DNA of 56,094 nucleotides, filler included, from Callorhinchus milii (GCF_018977255.1; 2 parts of 2 records of this genome joined end to end with filler, not necessarily neighbours in it); one strand, 5' to 3'; counted from the first letter of the whole stretch, positions 25,113-36,830 are shown. The notes: a model not told the origin generated them from the letters alone. Numbers and translations: made by a program.

Positions 25113-25262
25113 AGTGTAACTCCCGCGGTCAGTCGGGCTTATTTGATCAATGGTGAGCTGTGGAGTTGTGTGTGACAGAACGGTGCCATTAAATATCCAT
25201 TTAGTCTCCAAGTTCTGCTGGAGTGTGTCTCGTGATTGTAAGCTCAGGGGTGTCTGGTCCAT
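25113..25262 (-). pseudogene. Decayed IgC2 (CEACAM B-type) exon of a CEACAM-like gene
   Basis: ttgcag acceptor then (Y)GPDTPELTIT..GD*; a shifted frame gives KWIFNGTVLSHTTPQLTIDQISPTDRGSYT, cut by a SINE at the conserved Cys; the first-Cys strand is missing. Confidence 0.8.
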
Positions 25263-27305
25263 CTGCAACAGACGCAAGAACGGCTTCTTTATTACCACTG
25301 AACGTAAAGCATAAGATTGAAGACTTATTCAATGTTCTGTGTTACGGTGACACTGGGTGATTTTCTGTGAATAGTATGATAATAGAATCATACAATATAA
25401 ACCAGTGTTACACTGAACTTTTTGACAAAGATGTTCTTTTTGGTTTCTGTTTTAAATAGTACTGTAGCTCAGTGGTTAGAGCACTCGCCAGAGTGAGAGA
25501 CCTGGGTTCGATTCCTGGGCAGAGCGAAATATTGGGCAGTTTCCTCACTCCACACACACTCACACACACCTCTGTTTATCTATCAGTGAGTAGAAACCCG
25601 GTTTTTAGTCGATCGGTGGATCAATTTTCCAATGGTAATAAATCCTTCAAATAATAATACTAATAATTGGTCACTTCAATCCATGACTGTTTGTGGGACA
25701 CTGCTGGTGTTCGCCCACAAAAATTCAGTCACTACACTTTACATTGCTGGAGTCCATAACACTGTAATCTGCCTCATAGCGCAGTGTGATCAGCAGTGGC
25801 TGCTCATCAGTGATGACATGACGGTGACTGGCTTGGATTCCTGAACCACAAACAGCCCAACTTCAGGGTCACCACTTCAGTTTGCATCAGCTGCTGTACA
25901 TGTTTGTTATGTGCGAAGCCTTCCTTTCTTGTGCTGAAGACAATCCATGTCTTGGAAGTAAATTCTACATTATAACAGGACCCCCTTAAAGAGAGTTCCA
26001 CGTTTCCCCGTGTCATCGTTTTCCTTCATTGGTATCAGTCCTTTTCACTTTGCATGTAATAATCAATAACCACATTAAGCGAACTGACCGCCCGAATACT
26101 GATCCAAGAATAATACTGAACGAACTAATAGTGACTCAACCCTTAGACTAATAATAATAATCAGTGGCATTTTGATATAGAGCTTTTCACGTCTCCAGAC
26201 GTCTCAAAGCTCTTCACAGAATACACTGTAAAGTGAATTGACTGTAATTGTGGGCGAAACGAGGCAACCAATTTTGCACAGCAGTGTCCCACAAACATTG
26301 AATCACCAAATAATATTTTTTTTCTTGAGGGATTATTGTCAGGCGTGTGGGTAAGGACACTTTCACCCTTCCAGGAATCAAACCCCGGTCTCTCACTTGC
26401 AAGGCGAGTGCTCTAATCACTGAGCTCCAGGATTCCCTACAGGACTGACCTAAAACTGACCTGTCTCTAATACTGACCAGCGTCCGACCCGTATACTGAA
26501 CAATATAAGGTTCGGATGAGACATTAAATCCTGCCTTCTGTCCAGATGGACGTTAATAATAATCCTTGCATTTGATATAGCTCCTTATCATGACTTCGAG
26601 ACGTCTCAGAGCACTGGGCGAAACGTGGCAACCAATTGCGCACAGCAGTGTCCCACAAACAGTCATGGATTGAATGATAAATGTATTATTTGTTTGTGTC
26701 CCTGAACAATATAGTGTGTCAGCCCGGCTCAATTAGTGGCACTCTCACACATGAATCAGAAGGTTGTAGTTTCAAGCCATTGTAAGGACAATGTAAGGAA
26801 TTATTACCCCCAGAAAAGCAATCCGCCAATTGACTAATAACCAGGTTCCTACTTACTGCGAAGGTAAATAGTGTGTGGAGTAACGAAACGTTTCACCTGC
26901 CGGGAATCAAACCCCGGTCTCTCACTTGCGAGGTGAGCGCTCTAACCCCTGAGCTACAGGACTCCCACTATTCGAAAATAGAATGGAGTTCCTTCTCCTG
27001 GTGTCCTGGCCGACAATCCTACAAATAAAATCAGCCACTCACTCCAAGGCAGTTGGTGGGGAGATTGCTGTGCGCAAAATTGGTGACCGTATTTTCCCAG
27101 AAAATACACACAACTATATCACTTCACAGTATCCTATGAAGTGCTTTGATGTGTCGGTGATGTGATAAAAGTGCCATATCAAATGCAAAGATTATTCTCA
27201 TTATTATAATGAATTACGATCCACTCAATTTTCCTTTAGAGTTTAAAGGATTTTGAATCAACCCAATTCTGTAAATGTATGAAAAAACAAAGGGGAAAAC
27301 TGAAG

Positions 27306-27343
<38 letters not shown>

Positions 27344-28003
27344 CGAAAAAAAGAGATGAGAGGGAGAGAAGGAAACAGAGAGATAGACAAGAGAGAGTAA
27401 GGGAGATTATATAAGGAGGGTAATAATTCCTTCAAAAAATAATAATAAATTGGTCATTCAATCCACGACTGATTGTGGGACACTGCCATAATTCGCCCAC
27501 AATATATAGTCAATTCACTTCACAGTAAATTCTGTGAAGCGCTTTGAAACGTCTGAAAGACGTGATAAGGAGCTATATCAAATGCAAGGATTATTATTAT
27601 CAATTATTATTATAGACAAGAGAGAGTAAGGGAGATTAAGAGAGAGGGAGACCAAGAGAAATAGTCAGACAGAGAAAGGTGGTGACAGACCCAAATGGCA
27701 CGTGGACAGATTTTCGGAGTTTAGCATTCTCCTCCAAGGCACACAATCATCCAACACAATAATTATTAATAATCCTTACATTGGATATAGCACCTTATCA
27801 TGTTGTCGAGATGTGTCAAAGCGCTGCACAGGATTAATGTAAAGTGCACTGATATTTTGTGGACAAATGTAGGAACTATTTTATGTTCAACAATATCACA
27901 TGAACAGTTAATGACCAATTTTATTTGGGGGAAGCGCTCTGAGACGCGACCCGACAGGAGGGGTGCTATATAAATGCAAGTTCTTCTTGTTGTTAGCGAT
28001 GAA

Positions 28004-28103
28004 NNNNNNNNNNNNNNNNNNNNNNNNNNNNNNNNNNNNNNNNNNNNTTAATTAATTAANNNNNNNNNNNNNNNNNNNNNNNNNNNNNNNNNNNNNNNNN
28101 NNN
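28004..28103. other. Assembly or concatenation linker: N44-TTAATTAATTAA-N44
   Basis: Exactly 100 nt, symmetric, palindromic core (28048-28059) with stops in all six frames. Confidence 0.97.
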
Positions 28104-28384
28104 TATCAGACTCTATTGAGGTGTCACTCTTAATATCAGACTATATAGAGGTGCTCACTGTTAATATCAGACTATATAGAGGTGTCACTGTTAATATCAG
28201 ACTATATAAAGGTTCTCACTGTTAATATCAGACTATATAGAGGTGTCACTGTTAATATCAGACTATATAGAGGTGTCACTTAATATCAGACTATATAGAG
28301 GAGTCACTGTTAAAATCAGACTATATAGAGGTGATCACTCTTAATATCAGACTATATAGAGGAGTCACTCTTAATATCAGACTA
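28104..28384. repeat. 30-31 bp tandem repeat at the contig start, about 9 copies
   Basis: AATATCAGACTATATAGAGGTGTCACTGTT unit. Confidence 0.93.
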
Positions 28385-28544
28385 ACATTGAGGAAAGAAT
28401 CGTAATTTATTTTTTCTGCCAACTGGAGAGTTTGACTTTTAATCCGAGTCCAAATCCCTGACTGTCCGGCACCTTGGGCCGTCCTCCCGACGTGAAAGGC
28501 GCTATACAGCTGTAATATTGTGTTGTATTATCTCTCTTTGCCAG

Positions 28545-28640
28545 GAACGTCCGCCTGTCCCAATGGTAACTTCCACTGTACCAATGCTGGCTTCAGACCT
28601 CGCTACATTCCCGCTTCCCGCGTGAATGACGGCATTTGCG
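28545..28640 (+). CDS. PRKCSH: Glucosidase II beta subunit, first coding exon present (LDLa-like region; upstream exons lie outside the contig)
   Basis: ccag|GA..TGCG|gtaag; encodes [32 protein letters not shown], matching PRKCSH GTAACPNGSFHCTN..RVNDGVC. Confidence 0.96.
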
Positions 28641-28859
28641 GTAAGAGTTCTCTCCCTCGGGTTTGTACTGTGATGTAAAACCCCCCCATTCATTTAGTCT
28701 CCTACTTACCCGTCGTTGTACGTTCCACGTTTACGATCTGAATGGCATCAACTTGACTCCCTGGAAAGCATCTGAATCTTCTTGTTCGACGCTGTTTTGA
28801 CTCGTAGGACTGTTTTCTGTGCATAGTGGCAAAGTATTTGTTCCTTTCCATCTCTGCAG

Positions 28860-28917
28860 ATTGCTGCGATGCCACCGATGAGTACAACAGCGGCATTGTC
28901 TGCGACAACACCTGCAA
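28860..28917 (+). CDS. PRKCSH: PRKCSH coding exon (58 nt)
   Basis: tgcag|AT..AA|gtaagt; DCCDATDEYNSGIVCDNTCK; phase fits neighbours. Confidence 0.96.
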
Positions 28918-29595
28918 GTAAGTAGCTTGTAATCTCCAAATGAGAGATTTGGGGAGTGAGTGGGAGAGCAGGTGTTAGTGGTTTGCGGAGAAAATCATCA
29001 ACGCCAGTTTGATGTGATAGAATGGCTTTGTTTCTGTGCTCTTCACAATCCATGACTCAGCCAACCTTTGTTAGGAGAGCAAGTATCCTTGATGGTAATG
29101 TATTCTGAATGCGAAATCCTGCTCCTCGACCCCTCTCACTCTGCTTTCAAAATGCACCTCGCAAGCGAGAGGACTTGGGTTTGATTCCTGGGCGGGTCAG
29201 GGCGAAAACCTTGGTCAAGTTTCCTTACTCCACTCACTCACTCACACACACACACACACGCGCGTGCGCCAGCGAGCGAGCGCCTCTGTTTACCTAGCAG
29301 TAAGTAGGAACCCTTTGTTCGTCGATTATTCGCCCCTCTTTTCTGGGGCGAATAATCCCTTTTAAAAAAAATAGTAATAATAGTCGCTTAACGACTGTTT
29401 GCCCGACGCTGCTGCGCGCAATTGGCTGCCGCGTTTCGCCCACAAAAATACACAAGTCGGTTCGCTTGCCGGCACCTCCCGTGATTGGCTTTGAAACGTC
29501 CCAACGAGGTGATGAGGCGCTGCTTCAAATGCCAAGGATTACTCACATTGTTGTTAATTCTGTGTATTGGTCTTTCCGCCGATTCTTATAAAAAG

Positions 29596-29713
29596 AGAAC
29601 AAGGACGCAAGGAGAAGGAAACCTTACAGCAGATGGCGGAGGTCGCCAAAGAGGGATTCCGAGTGAAACAGCAGCTCATCGAAGAAGCAAAGAGAAGTCG
29701 AGAAGATAAGCAG
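29596..29713 (+). CDS. PRKCSH: PRKCSH coding exon (118 nt)
   Basis: aaag|A..CAG|gtttgc; EQGRKEKETLQQMAEVAKEGFRVKQQLIEEAKRSREDKQ. Confidence 0.95.
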
Positions 29714-29793
29714 GTTTGCTTTCTCCTCCCTCCCCCACCCCCGACCTTCAATTATCATTTCATTATCTTCCCTCTCCATCATTTTGATGGGCT

Positions 29794-29839
<46 letters not shown>

Positions 29840-29842
<3 letters not shown>

Positions 29843-30013
29843 CCAAGCTGACCCTCCAATGCTGCGCTGGAGGGAGAGAGAGAGAGTGTCACATTGTCAG
29901 AGGCGTCATCTTTCGGGCGAGATGTTAAACCTCACTCAACCTCACTCACTCACTGTGCCCTGCTCAGGTGGACGTTAAAGATCTCCCACAGCGCTGTTGG
30001 AAAGGAGGAAAGA

Positions 30014-30048
<35 letters not shown>

Positions 30049-30082
30049 CTCTCCCGGTATCCTGGCCGACAATCCCTCAAAT
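29840..30082 (+). mobile_element. Second SINE type, DeuSINE-like (related copy at about 52100-52410)
   Basis: TCTTTCGGGCGAGATGTTAAACC..CTCAGGTGGACGTTAAAGATC..TCCTGGCC resembles the Deu core of AmnSINE1/SacSINE1 as I recall it. Confidence 0.65.
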
Positions 30083-30083
30083 A

Positions 30084-30500
30084 TAATAATAATAATCCTT
30101 GCATTTGACACGGCGCCTGTTCATGCCGTTGAGACGTCTGAAAGCGTTTCACGGAACAGGCTGTAAAGTGTAGCGACTGTATATTTTGTGGGCGAAACGC
30201 GGCAGCCAATTGCGCTCAGCGGCGTCCCCACAAACGGTCGTGGATTTGAGCGACCACGTTTTTTTTTTTGAAGGAATTATCACCCCCTCGGAAAGCGATC
30301 CTCTGGTTCCTGCTTTCTGCTGGGTAAACAGAGGCGTGTGTGTGTGTGTCTGTCTGTCTGTGTGTGTGTGTGTGTGTGTGTGCGTGCGTGGAGTAACAAA
30401 ACTTACCAAGGATTCGCTCTGACCTGACCCGCACGGGAATCGAACCCGGATCCTCTCGCTTGCGAGGCGAGCGCTCTTAACCACTGAGCCACGGGACTAC
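30084..30500 (-). mobile_element. tRNA-derived SINE copy with internal (CA)n expansion
   Basis: Full head, body and tail on the minus strand. Confidence 0.88.
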
Positions 30501-30619
30501 ACATGAATAGTCGGCAGACTGTTTCGACGGCTGGAGCTGAATGCTGGTCTGCCTGATGCACACCCGTGTCTGTATCTAAATTATCATGACTATTTACTTA
30601 TTATTCCTGCTTCCCCCAG

Positions 30620-30749
30620 AAAAAGCTGGAAGAGCTGGCGAAGAGCAAGACCACTTGGGAATCGCAGGTGGAGTTACTGAAAGCGGAGAAGGACGCTGCC
30701 GAGAAACCGGAGAAGGAAGCCAAGGACAAGCATCACAAAATGTGGGAAG
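30620..30749 (+). CDS. PRKCSH: PRKCSH coding exon (130 nt)
   Basis: cccag|AAA..GAAG|gtaac; KKLEELAKSKTTWESQVELLKAEKDAAEKPEKEAKDKHHKMWE. Confidence 0.95.
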
Positions 30750-32874
30750 GTAACTCTGCCAGAGGCTGTCACAAGGACTAATAATAATAATCCTCGCAGT
30801 TGATACAGCGCCTGATCACGACTTCGAGACGTCTCGAAGCGCTTCACGGAATACGCTGTGAAGCAAATCGACCGGATCTTTTGCGGGCGAAACGCATCAG
30901 CCAATTGCGCACGGCAGCGTCCCCGCACGCAAACAGTCGTGGATCGAAGTAACCCAAAATAATAATTCCTGGGATAACTGCGCCCGGAAAGCGATCGGCT
31001 TAGTTTGTTGAAGCGCTCGCCTCCCAAGCGAGAGGACCCGGGTTCGATTCTCGGGCGGGTCGGGGTGAAACGGTTTCCTTACTCCACACGCGCGCGCGCA
31101 CGCACGCCTCTGTTTACCCAGCAGTGAGTAGGGACCCGTTCGATGGTCCATTGGCTTTTCCGGAAGGTAATAATCCCGACGAAACAGCCACAACAAATAA
31201 CGATCAGAGTAAATTGGTCACTCCATCCGCGGCGGTTTGTGGGGACGCTGCCGGGCGCAATTGATCTGGCGCTGTGTCAAATGCGAGGCTTATCATCGTC
31301 ATCGTTATTATTATTATTATTCAAAACTGCAAAAGAGGCGACGTTGGGTCGGGCAGCGCTGCTGCTAAGACCAACCCGTCGCAGATTTGAGTGCTTGCCA
31401 GCCGGCCGCGGGGCTTGTTCCAGTCCACAAGGCGGCGCTAAACTCCCACTACTTGTTCCTCCCTCCGCTTGGGGATGGCTGAGGTCGTGTCGTTCGCGAT
31501 GCTGTAGCCCCGGAGTCCCGCAGGGAGCTGGTTAAAGCATTCTCCTTGCAGGCCAAGAGACCTGGGTTCGATTCCCCGGGCTGGGTCAAGGCGAAAAGTT
31601 GGGCAAGTTTCCTTGCTACACACACACACACACACACACACACAGACCCGCACGCACGCGGGCGCCTCGGTTTACCCAGCAGTAAGTAGGAACCCGGTTG
31701 TTAGCCGATTGGCAGATCGCTTTTCCGGGGGGTAATAATCCCTTCAAAAAAAAAAAAAAACCTAAATAATAAATGTTTCGCCCACAACACACACGGTCAC
31801 TCCACTTTACAGCGTATCCCGTGGAGCGCTTTGAGACGTCTCGAAGATGTGATGAGGCGCCGGGTCAAACGCCGGGATTATCATCATCGTTATTATTACT
31901 GCAGAATGAAATCACGCAGCGCTGGACAGTCGGGGATTTGGACCCGAGCTGGTGGTTGGGATAGAGCTGGCGGAGTGGGAGGGTGACCGAAGGCCCCGGT
32001 CGAAGAGGAGGGTTTTGAGACGGGAAGGGAAGGGAGGCGGAGGGACTGGGAGCAGTCCGGAGTCCGCTGAGCCGAGGGAGCGGGCTGGGTTGGCATGGAG
32101 TTAGCGGGTCGAAGAGGTAGGAAGGAGCAAGGGCGTGGAGGGATGGGGGGGCCAGTGGAACCGGGCGATGATGGGGGACAGGCTTCGCTTTGAGATGCTG
32201 GACAAGGGGTGGGGGGTGAGGGGGTAAATGCGTTGACCTCCTTTGCTGCTGGTGTGGAGTTCTCCCTCCCTCTGCTCCCTGAGAAGTGGACGCTTCGAAA
32301 TCCTTGCGTGCAACCGTCGGGCTGGAAAATGGAGGGTTGCTTGCCAACTGGTAAATAATTCACGCTTCTGAACTGACTCGTGTGAGCAGCAGCACCAGAA
32401 GACGACTCAGCCCTGACCCGCAAAATCTCAGCCGCTCGCAGGTAGAGAGAGAACAAAATAAACCCCAAGGTTGCGGCGTGTAATCAAAGCCACGTTAGTA
32501 ATAATAATAATAATAATAATAACCTGGCATTTAATACACGTCCTCAGAGACCTCTCAAAGCGATTCACAGGACACACTGTAAACTGAATTGACTTGGGCA
32601 GAAACCCGGCAGCCAATTGCTCACAGCAGCGTCCGCACAAAACAGTCGACGACTGAGCGACCAAGTTATTATTTCTTTATTTTTTCTTGGAAGGGATTAT
32701 TACCCCTTCTGCCGATTGACTAACAACCTACTTACCGCTAGATAAACTGGTGCGTGCGTGTGTGTGCGCGCGTGTGCGTGTGTGTGTGTGTGTGTGAGAG
32801 CGCTCTGGGACGCCTCCCTGCATTGTCGGTGCAAGTTGTGGTTGTTGTTGAGCTGCCAACGGTTACTTCGACAG

Positions 32875-32959
32875 AAATCAAAGCTTTGCGGAACCTGGAG
32901 AAGGAGAAACTCAGGGCCGCCGAAGCCTTTCAGGAGTTGGACGACGATCAAGACGGCAC
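32875..32959 (+). CDS. PRKCSH: PRKCSH coding exon (85 nt, EF-hand 1)
   Basis: acag|AA..AC|gtgagt; EIKALRNLEKEKLRAAEAFQELDDDQDGT. Confidence 0.95.
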
Positions 32960-33184
32960 GTGAGTCCCGTGCGTCCCCGCGTTCGGGTCCGGAATAACTG
33001 GCGCGTTTCCGTTAAAGGGAAAGCTTTGAAAATCGTGGGCGAGAAAGACTACTCGAATGCAGCTCCCGAGTCCCTTTACCATCATACGGGAGCCCTGCAG
33101 CTCAGCGGTCAGAGCGCTCGCCCCGCAAGCGAGAGATCCGGGTTCTATTCCCGGCAAGGTGAAATGTTGAGCAAGTTTCCTTAC

Positions 33185-34016
33185 TTTTCAGTTAAAACTC
33201 CTGATGACTTGTCACCCACAAAATACCCAATCGATCCACTCAGGGGCTCAGGGGTTAGAGCCCTCGCCTCGCAAGCGAGAGGGCCCGGGTTCGATTCCCG
33301 GGCGGGTCAGGTCAGGGCGAAACCTGAGGCAAGTTTCCCTTCTCCCCACAAACACACACATACAGACCCACACACACACACACACACACAGACACGCACA
33401 CACACAGACACGCCGCGGGGATGGGAGGTGATAAGATCGGAGGTGCTGATGGATTTTATCTGCAGTGTTTTATGTTGCCTTTCGTGATCGAGTTGCCCTC
33501 TTGTCCTCAGTGTGACCGTGGCCGAAATCCAGACCCACGTCGAGCTGGACAGCGATGCAGACGGTGCCGTGAGCGAACAGGAAGGAGAGGTGAGGCTAAC
33601 CGGAGGTTCCCCTGATCTGTCTGTCTGTCTGTCTTCCTGCCCGGGTCGGTGAGAGTGAGAGAGAGAGAGAGAGAGAGAGCGTGATGACATTTATACACCG
33701 CCTTTCGAGTCCGGAGGACGTTCCCAAAGCACCGGACAGTCCAGTCGGGGGTTTGGACTTGAGCTGGGTGAGAGGCGTGTCTGTGTGTGTGTGTGTGTGG
33801 GTCTGTGTCTGTGTGTGTGGGTGTGGGTCTGTGTCTGTATGTGTGTGTTTGTGGGGAGAAGGGAAACTTGCCTCAGGTTTCGCCCTGACCTGACCCGCCC
33901 GGGAATCGAACCCCGGGCCCTCTCGCTTGCGAGGCGAGGGCTCTAACCCCTGAGCCTCTGAGTGGATCGATTGGGTATTTTGTGGGTGACAAGTCATCAG
34001 GAGTTTTAACTGAAAA
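33185..34016. repeat. Near-identical inverted repeat pair (33185-33414 and 33774-34016) flanking a PRKCSH exon
   Basis: TTTTCAGTTAAAACTCCTGATGACTTGTCACCCACAAAATACCC..SINE head..(CA)n and its reverse complement. Confidence 0.92.
33511..33589 (+). CDS. PRKCSH: PRKCSH coding exon (79 nt, EF-hand 2)
   Basis: ctcag|T..GAG|gtgagg; VTVAEIQTHVELDSDADGAVSEQEGE. Confidence 0.95.
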
Positions 34017-34161
34017 AATATTGTTTCTTTCAATCTCCCCCCACCCCCCCCACCTCTCTCTCCCTCTCTCTCTCCCCCTTCTCTCTCTCTCTCTCTCTCT
34101 CCCCTCTCTCTCTCTCTCTCTCTCTCTCCCCCCACCTTACTTCCGCCCCCCACCTCCCCAG

Positions 34162-34248
34162 ACGCTGTTAGGAGGCGTCAGTCAAGTGGATGTTACCAGT
34201 TTCCAGGAGACGGTGTGGGCAGGTATTAAGGACAAATATAAATTTGAG
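34162..34248 (+). CDS. PRKCSH: PRKCSH coding exon (87 nt)
   Basis: cccag|ACG..GAG|gtgagt; TLLGGVSQVDVTSFQETVWAGIKDKYKFE. Confidence 0.95.
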
Positions 34249-35085
34249 GTGAGTGCAGTTTAATTGAGTGAATTGCCTTGACGCTCGCTGGCTGTTGGTG
34301 CAGAAATGTTGATTTTAATAATAATAATAATAATAATTTTAGTACAAGTTGCTGGTCTTTTAAGAATCCTTCCTTTCGACGTAGCACTTTATCGAGCGAG
34401 GATAGAATAATATAATAATCGTCGCATCTGATACAGCGCCTTATCGCGCGCACCCCATCGAGACGTCTCAAAGCCCTTCCCAGAACATACTGTAGAGTGA
34501 GTGTAGTGACTTGTGCTTCGTGGGCGAAACTGGGCAGCCAATCGCTCGCGGCAGCCACGGCCCCCACAAACAGTCGTGGAGTGAGCGACCAAATTATTAT
34601 TGTTTTTGGAAGGAATTATTAACCCCCAGAAAAGCCATCCGCCAATTAACAACCGGGTCCCCACTTGGTGCTGGGTGAACAGAGGCGTGTGTGCGTGTGT
34701 GGAGTAAGGAAACTCGCCCAAAGTTTCGCCCTGACCTGACCCGGCCGGGAATCGAACCCGGATCCTCTCGCTCGTGAGGCGAGGGATCTAACCACCACCA
34801 CAACAACAACTTGCTTTTATAAAGTGCCGCCTTTCGGACTCCCCAAAACGAGGCGTCTGCGCGAGTCGCTCGTAACTCCCGGTCATACATTTTTGCCCGC
34901 AAGACGCACAGTCACTACACTCGACGGCGTATCCCGTCAAACGCTTTGAGACGTCTCGAAGACGCGATCAGGCGCCGGGTCAAAATGCCAGGAGTGTTAT
35001 TGCCGTCGCACACCGGCGGACATCTTGAGCACCTTCCTCTTCCTCTCTTTTTCCCCCCCACCCCCCTCTCCTCCGCGACCGGCAG

Positions 35086-35331
35086 GTGTCGCCGGAGACC
35101 CCAGCCCCCCCCGACGTGCCGGCGGAGGAGAAGACGGAGAATCGGCCCGAGTCCCGTCGCGAGGAGTGGAAGAAGAACGCCGGCGATGATCGCGAGGAGG
35201 ATGAGGAGGAGGACGACGATGACGATGACGACGAGGGCGATGACGGCGACGACGAGGGTGGCGGGGCCGAGGAGGAGGACGACGAGGACGAGGAGGACAG
35301 CGATGACGAAGGGGGCCGGGAACGCTACAAG
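35086..35331 (+). CDS. PRKCSH: PRKCSH coding exon (246 nt, acidic D/E-rich region)
   Basis: ggcag|GTG..AAG|gtaatt; VSPETPAPPDVP..EEDEEEDDDDDDDEGDD..ERYK; phase 0-0. Confidence 0.92.
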
Positions 35332-36739
35332 GTAATTAGCTTCAGGAACGCCCAAATGCGTACGTACGTCAGCAACGACAACGCCACCACCACCAACTTA
35401 CAGCAATCGTGGCATTCGACACACCCGGCGCCCGATCGCGTCTCGAAGCGCTTCGCCGGCTCTCACCGCCACGTGTGGTGACTGTGCGTTTGGGGGGGGG
35501 GGGGGGGGGGGGGATCGTGCAAGCCAGTCGCGCCCAGCGACGTCCAGCCCACAAGCAGTCAAGTCGGGTAAAACTTGCATCTGATGCAGCACCCCCATCG
35601 CACAGGGTAGCTCAGCACACATCCAACCCCGAGTCAGAAGGTTGTGGGTTCGATCCCCCACACCCCACCCCCGCCGCCCCAAGTCGGGACCGGGAATCCG
35701 TATAGTTTGGGCTCACAGCTCTGCGGTGTGGGGGGTTAGGGAGGTCCCGGGTTTGATTCAGGGTGAAACCGTAGCCAGGTATCATCGCCTCCCTTTCCCC
35801 AGCAGTAAGTAAGGCAAGAATCCCTTTTTTACATAAAATAAAACACACAAAAAATTGGCCCCTCAATCCTCGGCCGTTTGTGGGGACGCTGCTGTGAGCA
35901 GTTGGCTGCCGGGTTTCGCCCACGAAACGTGCAGTCGACGCGCTGTACCGTGTGTCCCGTGAAGCGCTTTTGAGGCGTCTCGAAGGCGCGAGAAGGCGCT
36001 TGTGTTTATTTGGCTCGTTTCATCTTTGATGGGATTATTTTCCCCGGAGCTCGTTCCGCCGATCGACTTGACAACCGGATTCCTGCTCGCTGCTCGGTAA
36101 ACAGAGGCGTGTGCGCGCGTGGAGTAAGGAAACTTGATGAACGTTTCGCTCCGAGCCCGAGAATCAAAGCCAGGTCCTCTCGCTTGCGTGAACACTGGAG
36201 CTACAGGACTCCCATGTAGCGTATGTGGAGTTAGGAGTATTGAATCGGGGCTTGTTTGGGATTCCGATCACCTGGGGTTTTCACCGCGGAGTGACTGGCG
36301 TGCCTTTTGTTTCCCTGTCAGGGGGAAAGCTGAGCCACACACCACCCCCCCCGTCGTGTGTCCTAACTTCAAACAAGACTTGGCTTCCAAATTATGCGTT
36401 GATATGCGCTGTATCAAATGCGAGGACGATTAATATTATTATTATATTTTCCTGGGGCCTCCCCTCAAGTTCAAAGCGCGCCTCTCACCTCGAAACTTTG
36501 ACCGCACTTACGGTCATCTCTCGCGGCTGTTTGAGGGACGCTGCTGTGCGCAGTCGGTTGCCTGGTTTCCATCGCACATTACACAGTCGGTCCACTTTAC
36601 AATGTGTTCCGTGAAGCGCTTCGAGACGTCTCGGCGACACGATAAGGCGCTGCGTCGAGTGTAAGGACTATTATTATTGAGATGATAAACCCACGTTGCT
36701 TAACGGACCCAGAAGTTGACGGTCTTTGTCTCTCCGTAG

Positions 36740-36830
36740 GACCCCGAGGACAGATATCAGCCGCCCAAGAAAGAGGTGGTGGATGAGCAAATGCCACCAT
36801 ACGAGGAGCAAACGCAGGAGCTAATTGATG
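36740..36830 (+). CDS. PRKCSH: PRKCSH coding exon (91 nt)
   Basis: cgtag|GAC..GATG|gtaggt; DPEDRYQPPKKEVVDEQMPPYEEQTQELID (cf. MPPYDEQTQAFID). Confidence 0.94.

Noticed and set aside
25740..26060. Unique sequence upstream of the Ig exon, checked for another Ig domain
   Set aside because: No Ig motifs (WxxNG, DxGxYxC) in the minus-strand frames I read.
28104..28384. Short regular repeats resembling a CRISPR array (also 24173-24317)
   Set aside because: Head-to-tail units with no unique spacers, no cas genes, vertebrate context.
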